NCBI GenBank assembly: GCA_041497675.1
Contig: JBGQGY010000056.1
Coordinates: 1 to 22,378, forward strand
Direction: 5' to 3'
From: a bacterium
GTDB taxonomy: Bacteria; Sysuimicrobiota; Sysuimicrobiia; Sysuimicrobiales; Humicultoraceae
Length of the DNA: 22,378 bases
Shown: piece by piece, positions 1 through 8,915 of the stretch
Layout: every line of letters starts with the position of its first letter
How positions within the stretch are numbered: position 1 is the stretch's first letter
Position numbers and translations under genes: made by a program
The notes under the pieces: generated by a model
The model's input: the letters and a program-made list of their open reading frames with translations, nothing else
The model's database searches: none
Told to the model about the DNA's origin: nothing

Positions 1-4
1 CCGC

Positions 5-1645
5 TTGAACCCTGAGCAGCAACTCGTTGATGATTTTCTCTTCGGGCGACTGTCGCGCCGGGCATTGCTCAAACGGGCCGCGGCACTGGGTCTTGGCTTA
101 TCGGCGCTGGAGCGGCTGCTCAACCCGCTCGGTCTGTCGGTGGACGCGGCGCCCGCCCCGGCAGCCAGTCCCGCCGGCCGGCCCCGGCCCGGTGGAGCCA
201 CCGTCTGGGCCGCCGAAAGCGATCCGATCTCGCTCAACCCGGTGACCAACTCAGCATTCCAGTCCACGCAGGGTTTCGAGCACAGCTATGAGAGCCTGAC
301 GGGGTACGACTCGCGGATGCGCATCGTTCCGGGACTGGCGGAACGCTGGGAGACGCCGGACGAGAACACCTACATCTTTCACCTGCGGCGGGGCGTCAAG
401 TTCCACGACGGCTCTGAGTTTACGGCGGATGACGTCAAGTACACGTTTGACCTCGTCCTCGATCCTAAGGGACCGGCGATCTGGCGGACGAACTTCGACC
501 AGGTCGATCGTGTTGATGTGCTCGATCGCAATACCGTCCGCTTTCACACGATGACTCCATTCCCACCGCTGCTGGGTGCCTTTGCGATCCTCCGCAGCTC
601 GGCCATTCTCAAGCGTGGAGCGTACGAGGGCAACACCACGACCCAAATCGTTGGCACCGGACCCTACCGCCTGGTCGAATTCGTCCCCAAGAGCCATTTA
701 GAACTGGTCAAGAACCCCGACTACTGGGGACGACCCCTCCCCTACATCGATCGGGTCACGTTCAAGGTGCTCGAAGAGGAGGACGCGCGCGTCGCCGGGC
801 TGCGTTCGCGCACGCTCGATTACGCGTTCCTCACGCCGATCGGCGAGCAGCGCCTGCGCAACCAGCGAACCGTCGTGATCACCAAGACGCCGCGCATTTT
901 CCTCTACGTCATCGTGTTCAACATGGTGCGGAAGCCCTGGAGCGACGTGCGGGTCCGCCAGGCGATCAGCCTTGCCGTCGATCGTCAGGAGATGATCGAG
1001 AAAGCCCTCTCGGGGTCGGGCACGTTCTCGGGACCGATCGCCACCGGGTTCGGCAACTGGTACCTCTCGGTGGAAGAGCTCAAGCGCCGCTGGTATCGTC
1101 AGGACTTGGACAAGGCGAAGAAACTGCTGAAAGAGGCGGGCGTCCCCGAGGGTCAGGAGATGGACCTGCTGGTCACCTCATTTGGCGGGTCGGGCTTCTA
1201 TCCCGCGGCCGCTGTGGTCCTCAAGGATCAACTGGCCAAGGTCGGCATCAACGTCAAGATCCGGCAGGTCGAGGTCGGCGTCTTCGTCCGCGAGGGCAGC
1301 CCGCAAGGCAACTTCAATTACGACGCGCAGATCAACGCGTTCACGCCGCGCCACGATCCGGACGGGTTCCTCTGGGCACGGTTCTATTCCAAGAACCCCT
1401 TTGCGGCCGGGTACAACAATCCAAAGATGGACGACTTGCTGCTGCAGGCGCGGACGATCATCGACCCCGTGCGGCGCAAGTTTCTCTATGACGAAGCACA
1501 ACGCCGCCTGCTGGATGAAGCGCCCATGTTGTGGATCGGCGTCGACAACATCATCGAGGGCGTGCAGAGCTATGTGAAGGGCTACTCGCAGAGCCCGTTC
1601 ACCCGGCGTGACTGGGGGCTGAAGAACGCCTGGCTCGAGAAATAA
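5..1645 (+). CDS. ABC transporter substrate-binding protein, peptide/nickel (SBP family 5, OppA/DppA-like), with twin-arginine signal
   Basis: 546-aa ORF; N-terminal SRRALLK Tat-like motif followed by a hydrophobic stretch; family-5 motifs PGLAERW, FHLRRGVKFHDG, GTGPY, VRQAISLAVDR; upstream of two permeases. The TTG start is at the window edge, so the true start is uncertain. Confidence 0.93.
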   Translation: MNPEQQLVDDFLFGRLSRRALLKRAAALGLGLSALERLLNPLGLSVDAAPAPAASPAGRPRPGGATVWAAESDPISLNPVTNSAFQSTQGFEHSYESLTGYDSRMRIVPGLAERWETPDENTYIFHLRRGVKFHDGSEFTADDVKYTFDLVLDPKGPAIWRTNFDQVDRVDVLDRNTVRFHTMTPFPPLLGAFAILRSSAILKRGAYEGNTTTQIVGTGPYRLVEFVPKSHLELVKNPDYWGRPLPYIDRVTFKVLEEEDARVAGLRSRTLDYAFLTPIGEQRLRNQRTVVITKTPRIFLYVIVFNMVRKPWSDVRVRQAISLAVDRQEMIEKALSGSGTFSGPIATGFGNWYLSVEELKRRWYRQDLDKAKKLLKEAGVPEGQEMDLLVTSFGGSGFYPAAAVVLKDQLAKVGINVKIRQVEVGVFVREGSPQGNFNYDAQINAFTPRHDPDGFLWARFYSKNPFAAGYNNPKMDDLLLQARTIIDPVRRKFLYDEAQRRLLDEAPMLWIGVDNIIEGVQSYVKGYSQSPFTRRDWGLKNAWLEK

Positions 1646-3642
1646 TGGGTCTTCGCCGGGTAGAGCCAGAAGATCTGCTGGCGATCCGGCTCGTCTCGGA
1701 CGTCCAGTTTTCACCTGACGGGCGCCGCATCGCCTTCACGCACACAGAGATCGATCCCGCGCAGGACGTATACGTCAGCCGCATGTGGGTTGTGCCGGCG
1801 ACCGGCGGCGCGGCCGTGCCGTTCACGCACGGCCCGGGCCGGGACAGCGACCCGCGCTGGTCGCCTGACGGGCGCTGGCTCGCCTTTCTCTCGGACCGCG
1901 GCGGAGCATCCCCGCAGCTCTTTCTGATTCCAGCCGGCGGCGGCGAGGCACACCCGCTGACCCACCTCGAGGGCGGGGCCGGCACGCCGGTGTGGTGCCC
2001 CGACAGCGCACGGATTCTCTTTGCGGCGCGAGTTCTGAAGGAGAGCGCGCCCCTAGACGCTGCGCGGGCGCGTTGGGCGCAGCGTCCGAAGGTCATCACC
2101 CGCGCGCAATACAAGATCGATGGCCCCGGCTACACGTTTGATACACGAAGCACGGTGTTTCTGGTCGCCCTTGCCGGCGGCGACCCGGCGGCGATCACGG
2201 CCGATGCCGCGGCAGATGCCGGCGACGATGTCGGGCCGGCCTGGTCTCCCGATGGGCGCCGCGTGGTGTTCAGCCGGATGCGCACCGGTGCGGCCGACTT
2301 TTACGTCTCGGATCTGTGGGTCGTCGATGCGGGACGTGGGCAGGCGCGCCGCCTGACCGAGCAGATCGGCCGGGCGATCTCGCCGGCCTGGTCGCCGGAC
2401 GGCGCAATGATCGCCTGCTACGGCACCGATGAGCAGGAAGCCGGATACGGAGAGGCGCTCACCAGGGTCTGGACCGTACCGGCGGCCGGCGGCACGCCGA
2501 ATCGTCTGACCGCGGCCTACGACCGCGGCGTGATGCTCCACCGGTGGCCGGCGGTGTCCCCGCCTCCGGTGTGGACCCCTGACGGCAGGGCCATTGTGTT
2601 TCCCGTCGCCACGGACGGCAACGTGCACATTGTGAGTGCAGACGCGGGCACGGGAAACGTCCGGTCGATCGTCACCGGCTCGCGGCAGGTGACGAGCGTC
2701 AGTGTCCACGGGGCCACCGGGCGGATCGCGTTCAGCGCCGCCGATCTCGACACTCCCGCGGACGTGTACGCGTGCGCGAGCGACGGCTCCGCAGAGGAAC
2801 GGCTCACACGCGTCAACGCGCAACTCCTCACCGGCGTGGCTCTCCCACGCGTCGAGCGACGGACATTCAGTAGCCCGCATGGCGGCACGGTCGACGGGTG
2901 GCTCTTCTTGCCGACCACCGCCGTAAAACCGGCGCCGCTCTTGTTGGATATTCACGGCGGACCCCACAGTTTCATGGGCAACGCGTTCTCTCCGACCTAC
3001 TTCTACCGGTACACGTTGGCGTCGCGCGGGTGGGCGATCCTCACCCTCAACCCAACCGGATCCGGATCGTACGGGAAAGAGTTTGCGCACGGCATCAGGG
3101 GCCGCTGGGGCGAGTACGACATGCCCGAGCAGATGGCGGCCGTTGATGCGCTGGTCGCCGAAGGGGTCGCGGACGGTAGACGGTTGGCGGTCGCGGGCGC
3201 CTCCTACGGCGGCTTCATGTCATCGTGGATCATTACCCACACCGACCGTTTCAAGGCCGCCGCCATCGACGCGCCCGTCGCCAACCTGGAATCGTTTCAC
3301 GGGACGTCCGATGTCGGCATCTGGTTTGCCCCGTTCGAGATGCGAGGCCCCCTGATGGCCACCCGCGAGACCTATCGGCGGTTGTCACCAATCAACTACG
3401 TGGACCGGGTGACGACGCCGACACTGATCCTGCACGGCGAAGCGGACGACCGGTGTCCTATCGGGCAAGGGGAGGAGCTGTTCGCCGCTCTGATCGCGGC
3501 CGGGCGGGTGCCGGTTGAGTTTGTCCGGTATCCTGGGGGCAGCCATGGGTTCGTCTTGAACGGTCGCCCAAGCCATCGCGTGGATTTCAACCGCCGGGTC
3601 ACTAATTGGGTCGAACGGTACGCCGGCGACCCGCCTCGGTGA
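1645..3642 (+). CDS. S9 (prolyl oligopeptidase / acylaminoacyl peptidase family) serine peptidase with PD40-type beta-propeller
   Basis: Repeated W/F-SPDG propeller motifs; IHGGPH; nucleophile GASYGG; Asp in HGEADDRC; His in GGSHG; TAATG stop/start overlap with the binding-protein gene; no signal peptide seen. Confidence 0.93.
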   Translation: MGLRRVEPEDLLAIRLVSDVQFSPDGRRIAFTHTEIDPAQDVYVSRMWVVPATGGAAVPFTHGPGRDSDPRWSPDGRWLAFLSDRGGASPQLFLIPAGGGEAHPLTHLEGGAGTPVWCPDSARILFAARVLKESAPLDAARARWAQRPKVITRAQYKIDGPGYTFDTRSTVFLVALAGGDPAAITADAAADAGDDVGPAWSPDGRRVVFSRMRTGAADFYVSDLWVVDAGRGQARRLTEQIGRAISPAWSPDGAMIACYGTDEQEAGYGEALTRVWTVPAAGGTPNRLTAAYDRGVMLHRWPAVSPPPVWTPDGRAIVFPVATDGNVHIVSADAGTGNVRSIVTGSRQVTSVSVHGATGRIAFSAADLDTPADVYACASDGSAEERLTRVNAQLLTGVALPRVERRTFSSPHGGTVDGWLFLPTTAVKPAPLLLDIHGGPHSFMGNAFSPTYFYRYTLASRGWAILTLNPTGSGSYGKEFAHGIRGRWGEYDMPEQMAAVDALVAEGVADGRRLAVAGASYGGFMSSWIITHTDRFKAAAIDAPVANLESFHGTSDVGIWFAPFEMRGPLMATRETYRRLSPINYVDRVTTPTLILHGEADDRCPIGQGEELFAALIAAGRVPVEFVRYPGGSHGFVLNGRPSHRVDFNRRVTNWVERYAGDPPR

Positions 3643-3654
3643 GGGCAGGGTCTG

Positions 3655-4605
3655 ATGGGCAAGTACCTGCTCCGCCGGCTGATCCTGCTGGTGCCCACGC
3701 TGCTGGGGATCTCGGCGCTTGTCCTCGTGCTCATGCGGTTGCTGCCGGGCAACGCGGTCGACGTGCTGATCGGTACGGAGATCTCTTTGGGTCCGGAACA
3801 ACGGAAGACCCTGCTCCGGCTCTTTGGATTGGACACGCCGATCTACCTCCACTACCTGCGATGGCTCGGTGAGGTCCTCCGCGGGAACCTCGGCTTCTCC
3901 CTTCGCACGGCTGAACCGATGACCCGGGTGTTGATGCAGCGGCTGCCGATCACGGCCGAACTCGCGGTGTTGTCCGTCTGCCTCTCGTGGCTGCTGGCCA
4001 TTCCCCTTGGGGTGCTCTCAGCTGTGCGCCGCAACGGCGCCGTGGACTTCGTCTCGCACATCATCGGGTTGCTCGGTCTGTCGATTCCGAACTTCTGGCT
4101 CGCGACGATGCTGCTGCTGGTGACGTCGCTCTATCTCAACTGGCAGCCGGCGCTGATCTGGGTGAGCCCGTTCAAAGACCTGTGGGCCAACCTGCAGCAG
4201 ATGCTGCTGCCGGTGCTGTCACTGAGCGCCGTGCTCATGGCCGTCGTGATGCGGATGATGCGGTCGTCCATGCTGGAAGTCCTGGGCCAGGATTACGTGC
4301 GCACAGCGCGGTCGAAGGGCCTGCGCGAGCGGGTCGTGTTGGTTCGCCACGCGTTCAAGAACGCGGCGATCCCGGTCATCACGGTCCAGGGGATCCAGGT
4401 CGGCTACCTGTTGGGCGGGGCGGTCGTGATCGAGCAGATCTTCGGCATGCCCGGCATCGGCTGGCTGATCCTCAACGGGATCTATCAGCGGGACTACCCG
4501 GTCGTCCAGGCCGGCGTACTCTTCGTCGCGCTCGCGTTCGTCATGGTCAACCTGCTCGTCGATCTGATCTACGCGTATCTCGATCCGCGGATCCGCTATG
4601 ACTGA
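3655..4605 (+). CDS. Peptide ABC transporter permease (OppB/DppB-like)
   Basis: Several hydrophobic segments; YLLRRL N-terminus; EAA loop DYVRTARSKGL; ends LDPRIRY. Confidence 0.95.
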   Translation: MGKYLLRRLILLVPTLLGISALVLVLMRLLPGNAVDVLIGTEISLGPEQRKTLLRLFGLDTPIYLHYLRWLGEVLRGNLGFSLRTAEPMTRVLMQRLPITAELAVLSVCLSWLLAIPLGVLSAVRRNGAVDFVSHIIGLLGLSIPNFWLATMLLLVTSLYLNWQPALIWVSPFKDLWANLQQMLLPVLSLSAVLMAVVMRMMRSSMLEVLGQDYVRTARSKGLRERVVLVRHAFKNAAIPVITVQGIQVGYLLGGAVVIEQIFGMPGIGWLILNGIYQRDYPVVQAGVLFVALAFVMVNLLVDLIYAYLDPRIRYD

Positions 4606-5491
4606 AGCGGCGACCCTGATGACGCCGGGTGCGGCGCGGCGGCCGCGTAGCGGGCTGGCGGAGATCGTCCTACACGTGATCCGCCAGCCGGTCGGGCTGG
4701 TGGGCGTCCTGTTGGTCGTGGGATTCATCGTGCTGGCGGTCGCGGCGCCGCTGATTTCACCCTTTGACCCTCTTGCCCAGCCCTCGAAACGGCTGCAGCC
4801 GCCGGGCGGCGCCCATCTGCTCGGGACCGATGAGTTCGGCCGTGATGTCTTGAGCCGCATCATTTACGGGTCGCGGGTCTCGTTTCAGGTCGGCGTCATC
4901 TCGGTGGGCATCGCGCTCGTCATCGGCGGCGGGCTCGGGATGGTCTCGGGGTACTATCTGGGGTTGATCGATAGCCTGGTGGGGCGGGTCGTCGACATCA
5001 TGTTCGCCTTTCCCAGCGTGATCTTGATCGTCGCGATCTCGGGCGTGCTGGGACCGAGCATGACGACCGCGATGATGGCGATTGGGATCGTCTACTCGCC
5101 GATCTTCGCCCGCATCGTCCGCGGGCCGACGCTGGTCGTGATGCAGCAGCAATATGTCGAAGGGGCGCGGGCGTTTGGCGCCGGGTGGGTGCGGATCGTC
5201 GCTCGCTACGTGCTGCCCAACATCGCGGCGCCCGTGATCATCCAGACGACGCTGTCTTTCTCGACGGCCATCCTCAGCGAGGCGACGCTCTCGTTCTTGG
5301 GACTGGGCACACAACCACCCGATCCTTCGTGGGGCACCATGCTGGGCTCGGGCCGCAAATTCATGGAACTGGCCCCCTGGGTGGCGGTGTATCCGGGGCT
5401 GGCGATCGCGCTGGCGGTGCTCGGGCTGAACCTGTTGGGCGACGCGCTGCGTGACGCGCTCGATCCGCGGCTGCGGCGGGGCCGGACGTAG
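4598..5491 (+). CDS. Peptide ABC transporter permease (OppC/DppC-like)
   Basis: HLLGTDEFGRDVLSR; EAA loop YVEGARAFGA; LSFLGLG-PPDPSWG; ends GDALRDALDPR; overlaps the preceding gene by 8 nt. Confidence 0.95.
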   Translation: MTEAATLMTPGAARRPRSGLAEIVLHVIRQPVGLVGVLLVVGFIVLAVAAPLISPFDPLAQPSKRLQPPGGAHLLGTDEFGRDVLSRIIYGSRVSFQVGVISVGIALVIGGGLGMVSGYYLGLIDSLVGRVVDIMFAFPSVILIVAISGVLGPSMTTAMMAIGIVYSPIFARIVRGPTLVVMQQQYVEGARAFGAGWVRIVARYVLPNIAAPVIIQTTLSFSTAILSEATLSFLGLGTQPPDPSWGTMLGSGRKFMELAPWVAVYPGLAIALAVLGLNLLGDALRDALDPRLRRGRT

Positions 5492-5525
5492 CCGGGTACG
5501 TTGTTGCCGAGGAGGAACCTCACAC

Positions 5526-6962
5526 ATGGGCACCGATGGGTTGCGTGATTTTCTGGAGATCCCCTACGAGAAGCTCGAGGAGATGAACCTTGCGGCGAAG
5601 CAACAACGCATCGACCGTGTACCCGTTCACAAGATTCGAGAAGAGCGGATACACTACCTCACAGACGAGCACCGTATCAAGGCTGTGACCGTGGTCTTCA
5701 CGGACCTCGAAGGCCGGTTCCACATGCTCGACTACGATAAGAAGTTTCTGCTCAAGTCGGCGGACAACCTGACCTTCGACGGGTCGTCGATCCGCGGGTT
5801 CACCGTACAGCACGAATCAGACCTCCGGCTAGGCATCGACTGGCCGGCCTTCTATTGGCTGCCGTCGGACATGTTTGGGCCCGGCAAGGTCCTCGTGTTC
5901 GGTCAGGTCCTCGAAAAGGATGGCTCACCATATCCCGCCGACATGCGGGCCCGCTTGAAGAGCCACTGCCAGGCGCTCTTCGACAAGGACGCCATGGTCT
6001 GCCACGGCTCGAACGAGATCGAGGGATTTCTGTTCAGGGGGCGGGATGCCGAGCGACGGCACCACGAGACCGGCGCGTTCGAGTTCATCTCGACGGGCGG
6101 CTACTATCATTCGCTCCCTGGCGATGCGCTCCGCGTCTTTATCGACACCGCCGCCGAGGTGCAGCGGGCGATGGGCTTCGCCAACGAGAAAGATCACCCG
6201 GAGGTTGCGCCGTCCCAGTTCGAGATGAACTATGGCTATGCCGAAGCGTCAATCGCCGCCGATCAGGTGCAGCTCTACAAGCTCGTGTCGCGCCAGGTTG
6301 CAGCGCGCATGGACATGACGGCGTGTTTCCTGCCGAAGCCGGTGACCGGCGTCAACGGCAGCGGTATGCACACGAACGTGTCGCTAAGCCGTAAGGAGAC
6401 GAATCTCTTCTACGATAGGAGCGGCAAGGACGGGCTTTCGCAGGCGGGGTGGGAGTTCATCCATCGCATCCTGGCCAACGCGGCTGAGACGTGTCTGATA
6501 TTCAACTCGAGCGTGAACGCGTACCGCCGCTTGGACCCGCACTTCGAGGCGCCGAATCAGATCAAGGCCTCCGCCGTCGACCGCGGGGCGATGGTCCGCA
6601 TTCCAATCGGCAACGAGTGGTCGGCGCGCGTTGAGTTTCGGTCGATTGCTCCTGACGCGAACCCATACATGGCGATCTACACGATCCTGCGGGCCGGCCT
6701 GGAGGGTCCGATCCACGAGGAGGAAGAGCAGAAGCGTAGCCGCACGCGGTTCCTCTCCGACAACATCTACGACGCGATCCGGCTCTTCAAAGGCAGCAAG
6801 TTCGTGGCCGATATCCTGGGCGAGGAGGTGCACACGAAGTTCGCGGAGCTGAAAATAGCGCAAGCTGACCGCTGTCCGAGGGCGCTTGGCGCACAAGTGA
6901 AGACAGCGGAGATTCAGTTCCACCACGAGGTGACGAACCAATACCTCTGGTCGAAGTTCTAG
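5526..6962 (+). CDS. glnA: Glutamine synthetase (type I-like)
   Basis: Start moved to ATG 5526 behind a GAGGAGG RBS; GS motifs FDGSSIRGF, NEIEGFL, GGYYH, HPEVAPSQFE, FLPKP-NGSGMHTNVSL, AYRRL-HFEAP, RGAMVRIP, RVEFRSIAPDANPY. The glnA symbol rests on motif completeness only. Confidence 0.88.
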   Translation: MGTDGLRDFLEIPYEKLEEMNLAAKQQRIDRVPVHKIREERIHYLTDEHRIKAVTVVFTDLEGRFHMLDYDKKFLLKSADNLTFDGSSIRGFTVQHESDLRLGIDWPAFYWLPSDMFGPGKVLVFGQVLEKDGSPYPADMRARLKSHCQALFDKDAMVCHGSNEIEGFLFRGRDAERRHHETGAFEFISTGGYYHSLPGDALRVFIDTAAEVQRAMGFANEKDHPEVAPSQFEMNYGYAEASIAADQVQLYKLVSRQVAARMDMTACFLPKPVTGVNGSGMHTNVSLSRKETNLFYDRSGKDGLSQAGWEFIHRILANAAETCLIFNSSVNAYRRLDPHFEAPNQIKASAVDRGAMVRIPIGNEWSARVEFRSIAPDANPYMAIYTILRAGLEGPIHEEEEQKRSRTRFLSDNIYDAIRLFKGSKFVADILGEEVHTKFAELKIAQADRCPRALGAQVKTAEIQFHHEVTNQYLWSKF

Positions 6963-6995
6963 CTGTGCATGGATCACTAAGTTGAGGAGGCCCGG

Positions 6996-8621
6996 GTGCT
7001 TATCGGGTACGTGAGTGACGAACGGTACGTGGCCATCGCGGATGCGGCACTGGAATTCGAGCAAGGGGGCCGGAGCGTCGTCGTGCGCTCGACACCTCGT
7101 GGCGCGGTGTACGCCGACCTCTCTCCCGGCGAGTACGGCGTCACGCTCGTGAGAGACGGGTTTGGCTCGAAGCGGACGACGCTCCGCGTCCCGGGCGCCG
7201 CCCCATACCATTTCCGGCTTCTCGCAGATTGTTTGGTGGGATATGCGTGGCCTAAGTGGGTGAGAACAGGTGAGGTGTCGGAGTTTCGCGTCCACTCCGT
7301 CGAGCCATATCGTCTCAGCCTGTGGCGGTACGGGTGGAAGAAGGAGTTTGTCCGCCTCCTGGGATGGTTCGACGAACACGGCCCGCGCGCCGTCATGCAG
7401 ATCACGCCCGACGGCGACTATACACAGACCGGCGTCAAATGGAACACGATCGGCTATGGAAGCGCCCACCATACACAATTGATCGCGGGTCCTGAGCGGT
7501 CGGGGCTGTACTACTTTCACGCGAAGAGTGAGGACGGGCGGTCCTTCTTCTCGTTCCCCTGGGTCGTCGCGCCGGCGCGTCCATCGGCACCGATCGCCGT
7601 CGTGGCGTCGACGAACACCTGGAATGCCTACAACAACTTCGGCGGCCGCAGCAACTACATTAACTCGAACCGGTTGCCACCCGAGCCGGTCGTCAATGCC
7701 CGGCAGGACCTGATCCGCTACACGCACATCGGCACGTTCAACGTGTGGGGATTTACAGATGATGAGTACGCGCCGCTGTCCTTCGACCGGCCGGAACTGG
7801 CGAGCCATGTCCCCGAAGACGAAGAAGTCACCGACCCGATCGAGGGCCGGATGCACGGCGGTCAGGCGCCCGGCGAATGGCGGCTGCTTGGATGGTTGGA
7901 GCACGAGGGCTATGCGTACGACTTTTATTCGGAACACCAGTTGCACACGGGCGTGCTCGATCTGGACGCGTACAAGATCCTGATCCTGAGCGTGCACCCC
8001 GAGTACTGGTCGCGGCAGATGTACGAACGGGTAAAGGACTGGGTGCACCGTCGCGGCGGCCGGCTGATGTACCTTGGGGGGAACGGCCTGAATTGTGAGG
8101 TCGAGTTCCTCGACGACGCGACGCTGCACTTCAAGACCGAGTTACTGAGTGAAGGCGGGGCGCTCGGGATGCGGGACCCGAAGAATCCTGACGTCTTCTA
8201 TGAGAGCCGGTTCCATCGGACGGTAGAGTGCGAGGCCAACCTGCTCGGCGTCGTGTGCACGGAGACCGGCATCATGACGGCCGCGCCGTACAAGGCCATC
8301 GAGACGTCGCACTGGGTCTTTGATGGCACCGGGCTACACAACGGTGACCTTTTCGGCACGAAGAGCCTACACGAGCGTATCCACGGCGGCGCCTCGGGGC
8401 ACGAGACGGACAAGATGAGCACGTACTCGCCGAAGGGGACGGTCTTGCTGGCCAAAGGCATCAACCCCGACGAGGGCGGGGCCGAGATGGTCTGTTACGA
8501 GTTCGAACGCTCCGGGGGCGGGGTATTCTCGGTGGGGTCGATCACGTGGCCGTCGTGTCTGCTGGTCGATCCGCACATCTCGCGCATCACCAAGAACGTC
8601 ATCGACCGATTCTTGCGCTGA
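6996..8621 (+). CDS. N,N-dimethylformamidase large (beta) subunit-like amidohydrolase with an N-terminal carboxypeptidase-regulatory-like beta domain
   Basis: GAGGAGG RBS before GTG; motifs SGLYYFH, STNTWNAYNNFGGRSNY, LSFDRP, SVHPEYWS, YLGGN, GHETD, VFSVGSITW recognised as the DMFase beta-subunit family. The substrate cannot be determined from sequence. Confidence 0.78.
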   Translation: MLIGYVSDERYVAIADAALEFEQGGRSVVVRSTPRGAVYADLSPGEYGVTLVRDGFGSKRTTLRVPGAAPYHFRLLADCLVGYAWPKWVRTGEVSEFRVHSVEPYRLSLWRYGWKKEFVRLLGWFDEHGPRAVMQITPDGDYTQTGVKWNTIGYGSAHHTQLIAGPERSGLYYFHAKSEDGRSFFSFPWVVAPARPSAPIAVVASTNTWNAYNNFGGRSNYINSNRLPPEPVVNARQDLIRYTHIGTFNVWGFTDDEYAPLSFDRPELASHVPEDEEVTDPIEGRMHGGQAPGEWRLLGWLEHEGYAYDFYSEHQLHTGVLDLDAYKILILSVHPEYWSRQMYERVKDWVHRRGGRLMYLGGNGLNCEVEFLDDATLHFKTELLSEGGALGMRDPKNPDVFYESRFHRTVECEANLLGVVCTETGIMTAAPYKAIETSHWVFDGTGLHNGDLFGTKSLHERIHGGASGHETDKMSTYSPKGTVLLAKGINPDEGGAEMVCYEFERSGGGVFSVGSITWPSCLLVDPHISRITKNVIDRFLR

Positions 8622-8636
8622 GAGCCGGAGGTCACC

Positions 8637-8909
8637 ATGGCAGACACTGGGACGCCTTTTCAGGTCCATGGACAGGTCGCGTTTGTTACCGGTGCCGCCG
8701 GTGGGGTCGGTCGGGGTATCGCCCGGGTCCTGACGGCGGCGGGCGCCGCGCCGGTGTCCAAGGACAGCGTCATCGAAAAGATCCCGGTCGGCCGATACTG
8801 CACCGCGGATGAGGTCGGGTACGCGACGCTGTTCCTGGCGTCGCGCGAAAGTGGATTCATCACCGGACAGACGTTACACGTGAATGGCGGCACCATGATG
8901 GTCGGATGA
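8637..8909 (+). pseudogene. Short-chain dehydrogenase/reductase remnant with in-frame internal deletion
   Basis: 90 aa only: Rossmann VTGAAGGVGRGIA joined directly to the SDR C-terminus (IPVGRYCTADEVGYATLFLAS..SGFITGQTLHVNGG); no NAG or YxxxK motif; GGAGGT RBS retained. Confidence 0.8.
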
Positions 8910-8915
8910 TCAGAG

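Noticed and set aside
2198..2221. Imperfect 12-nt tandem duplication (ADAAADA) in the S9 peptidase
   Set aside because: Two copies, in frame, probably in a loop; no evidence of function.
6384..8129. 581-aa minus-strand ORF
   Set aside because: Antisense shadow of GS and the DMFase-like gene; no recognisable motifs; expected in high-GC DNA.
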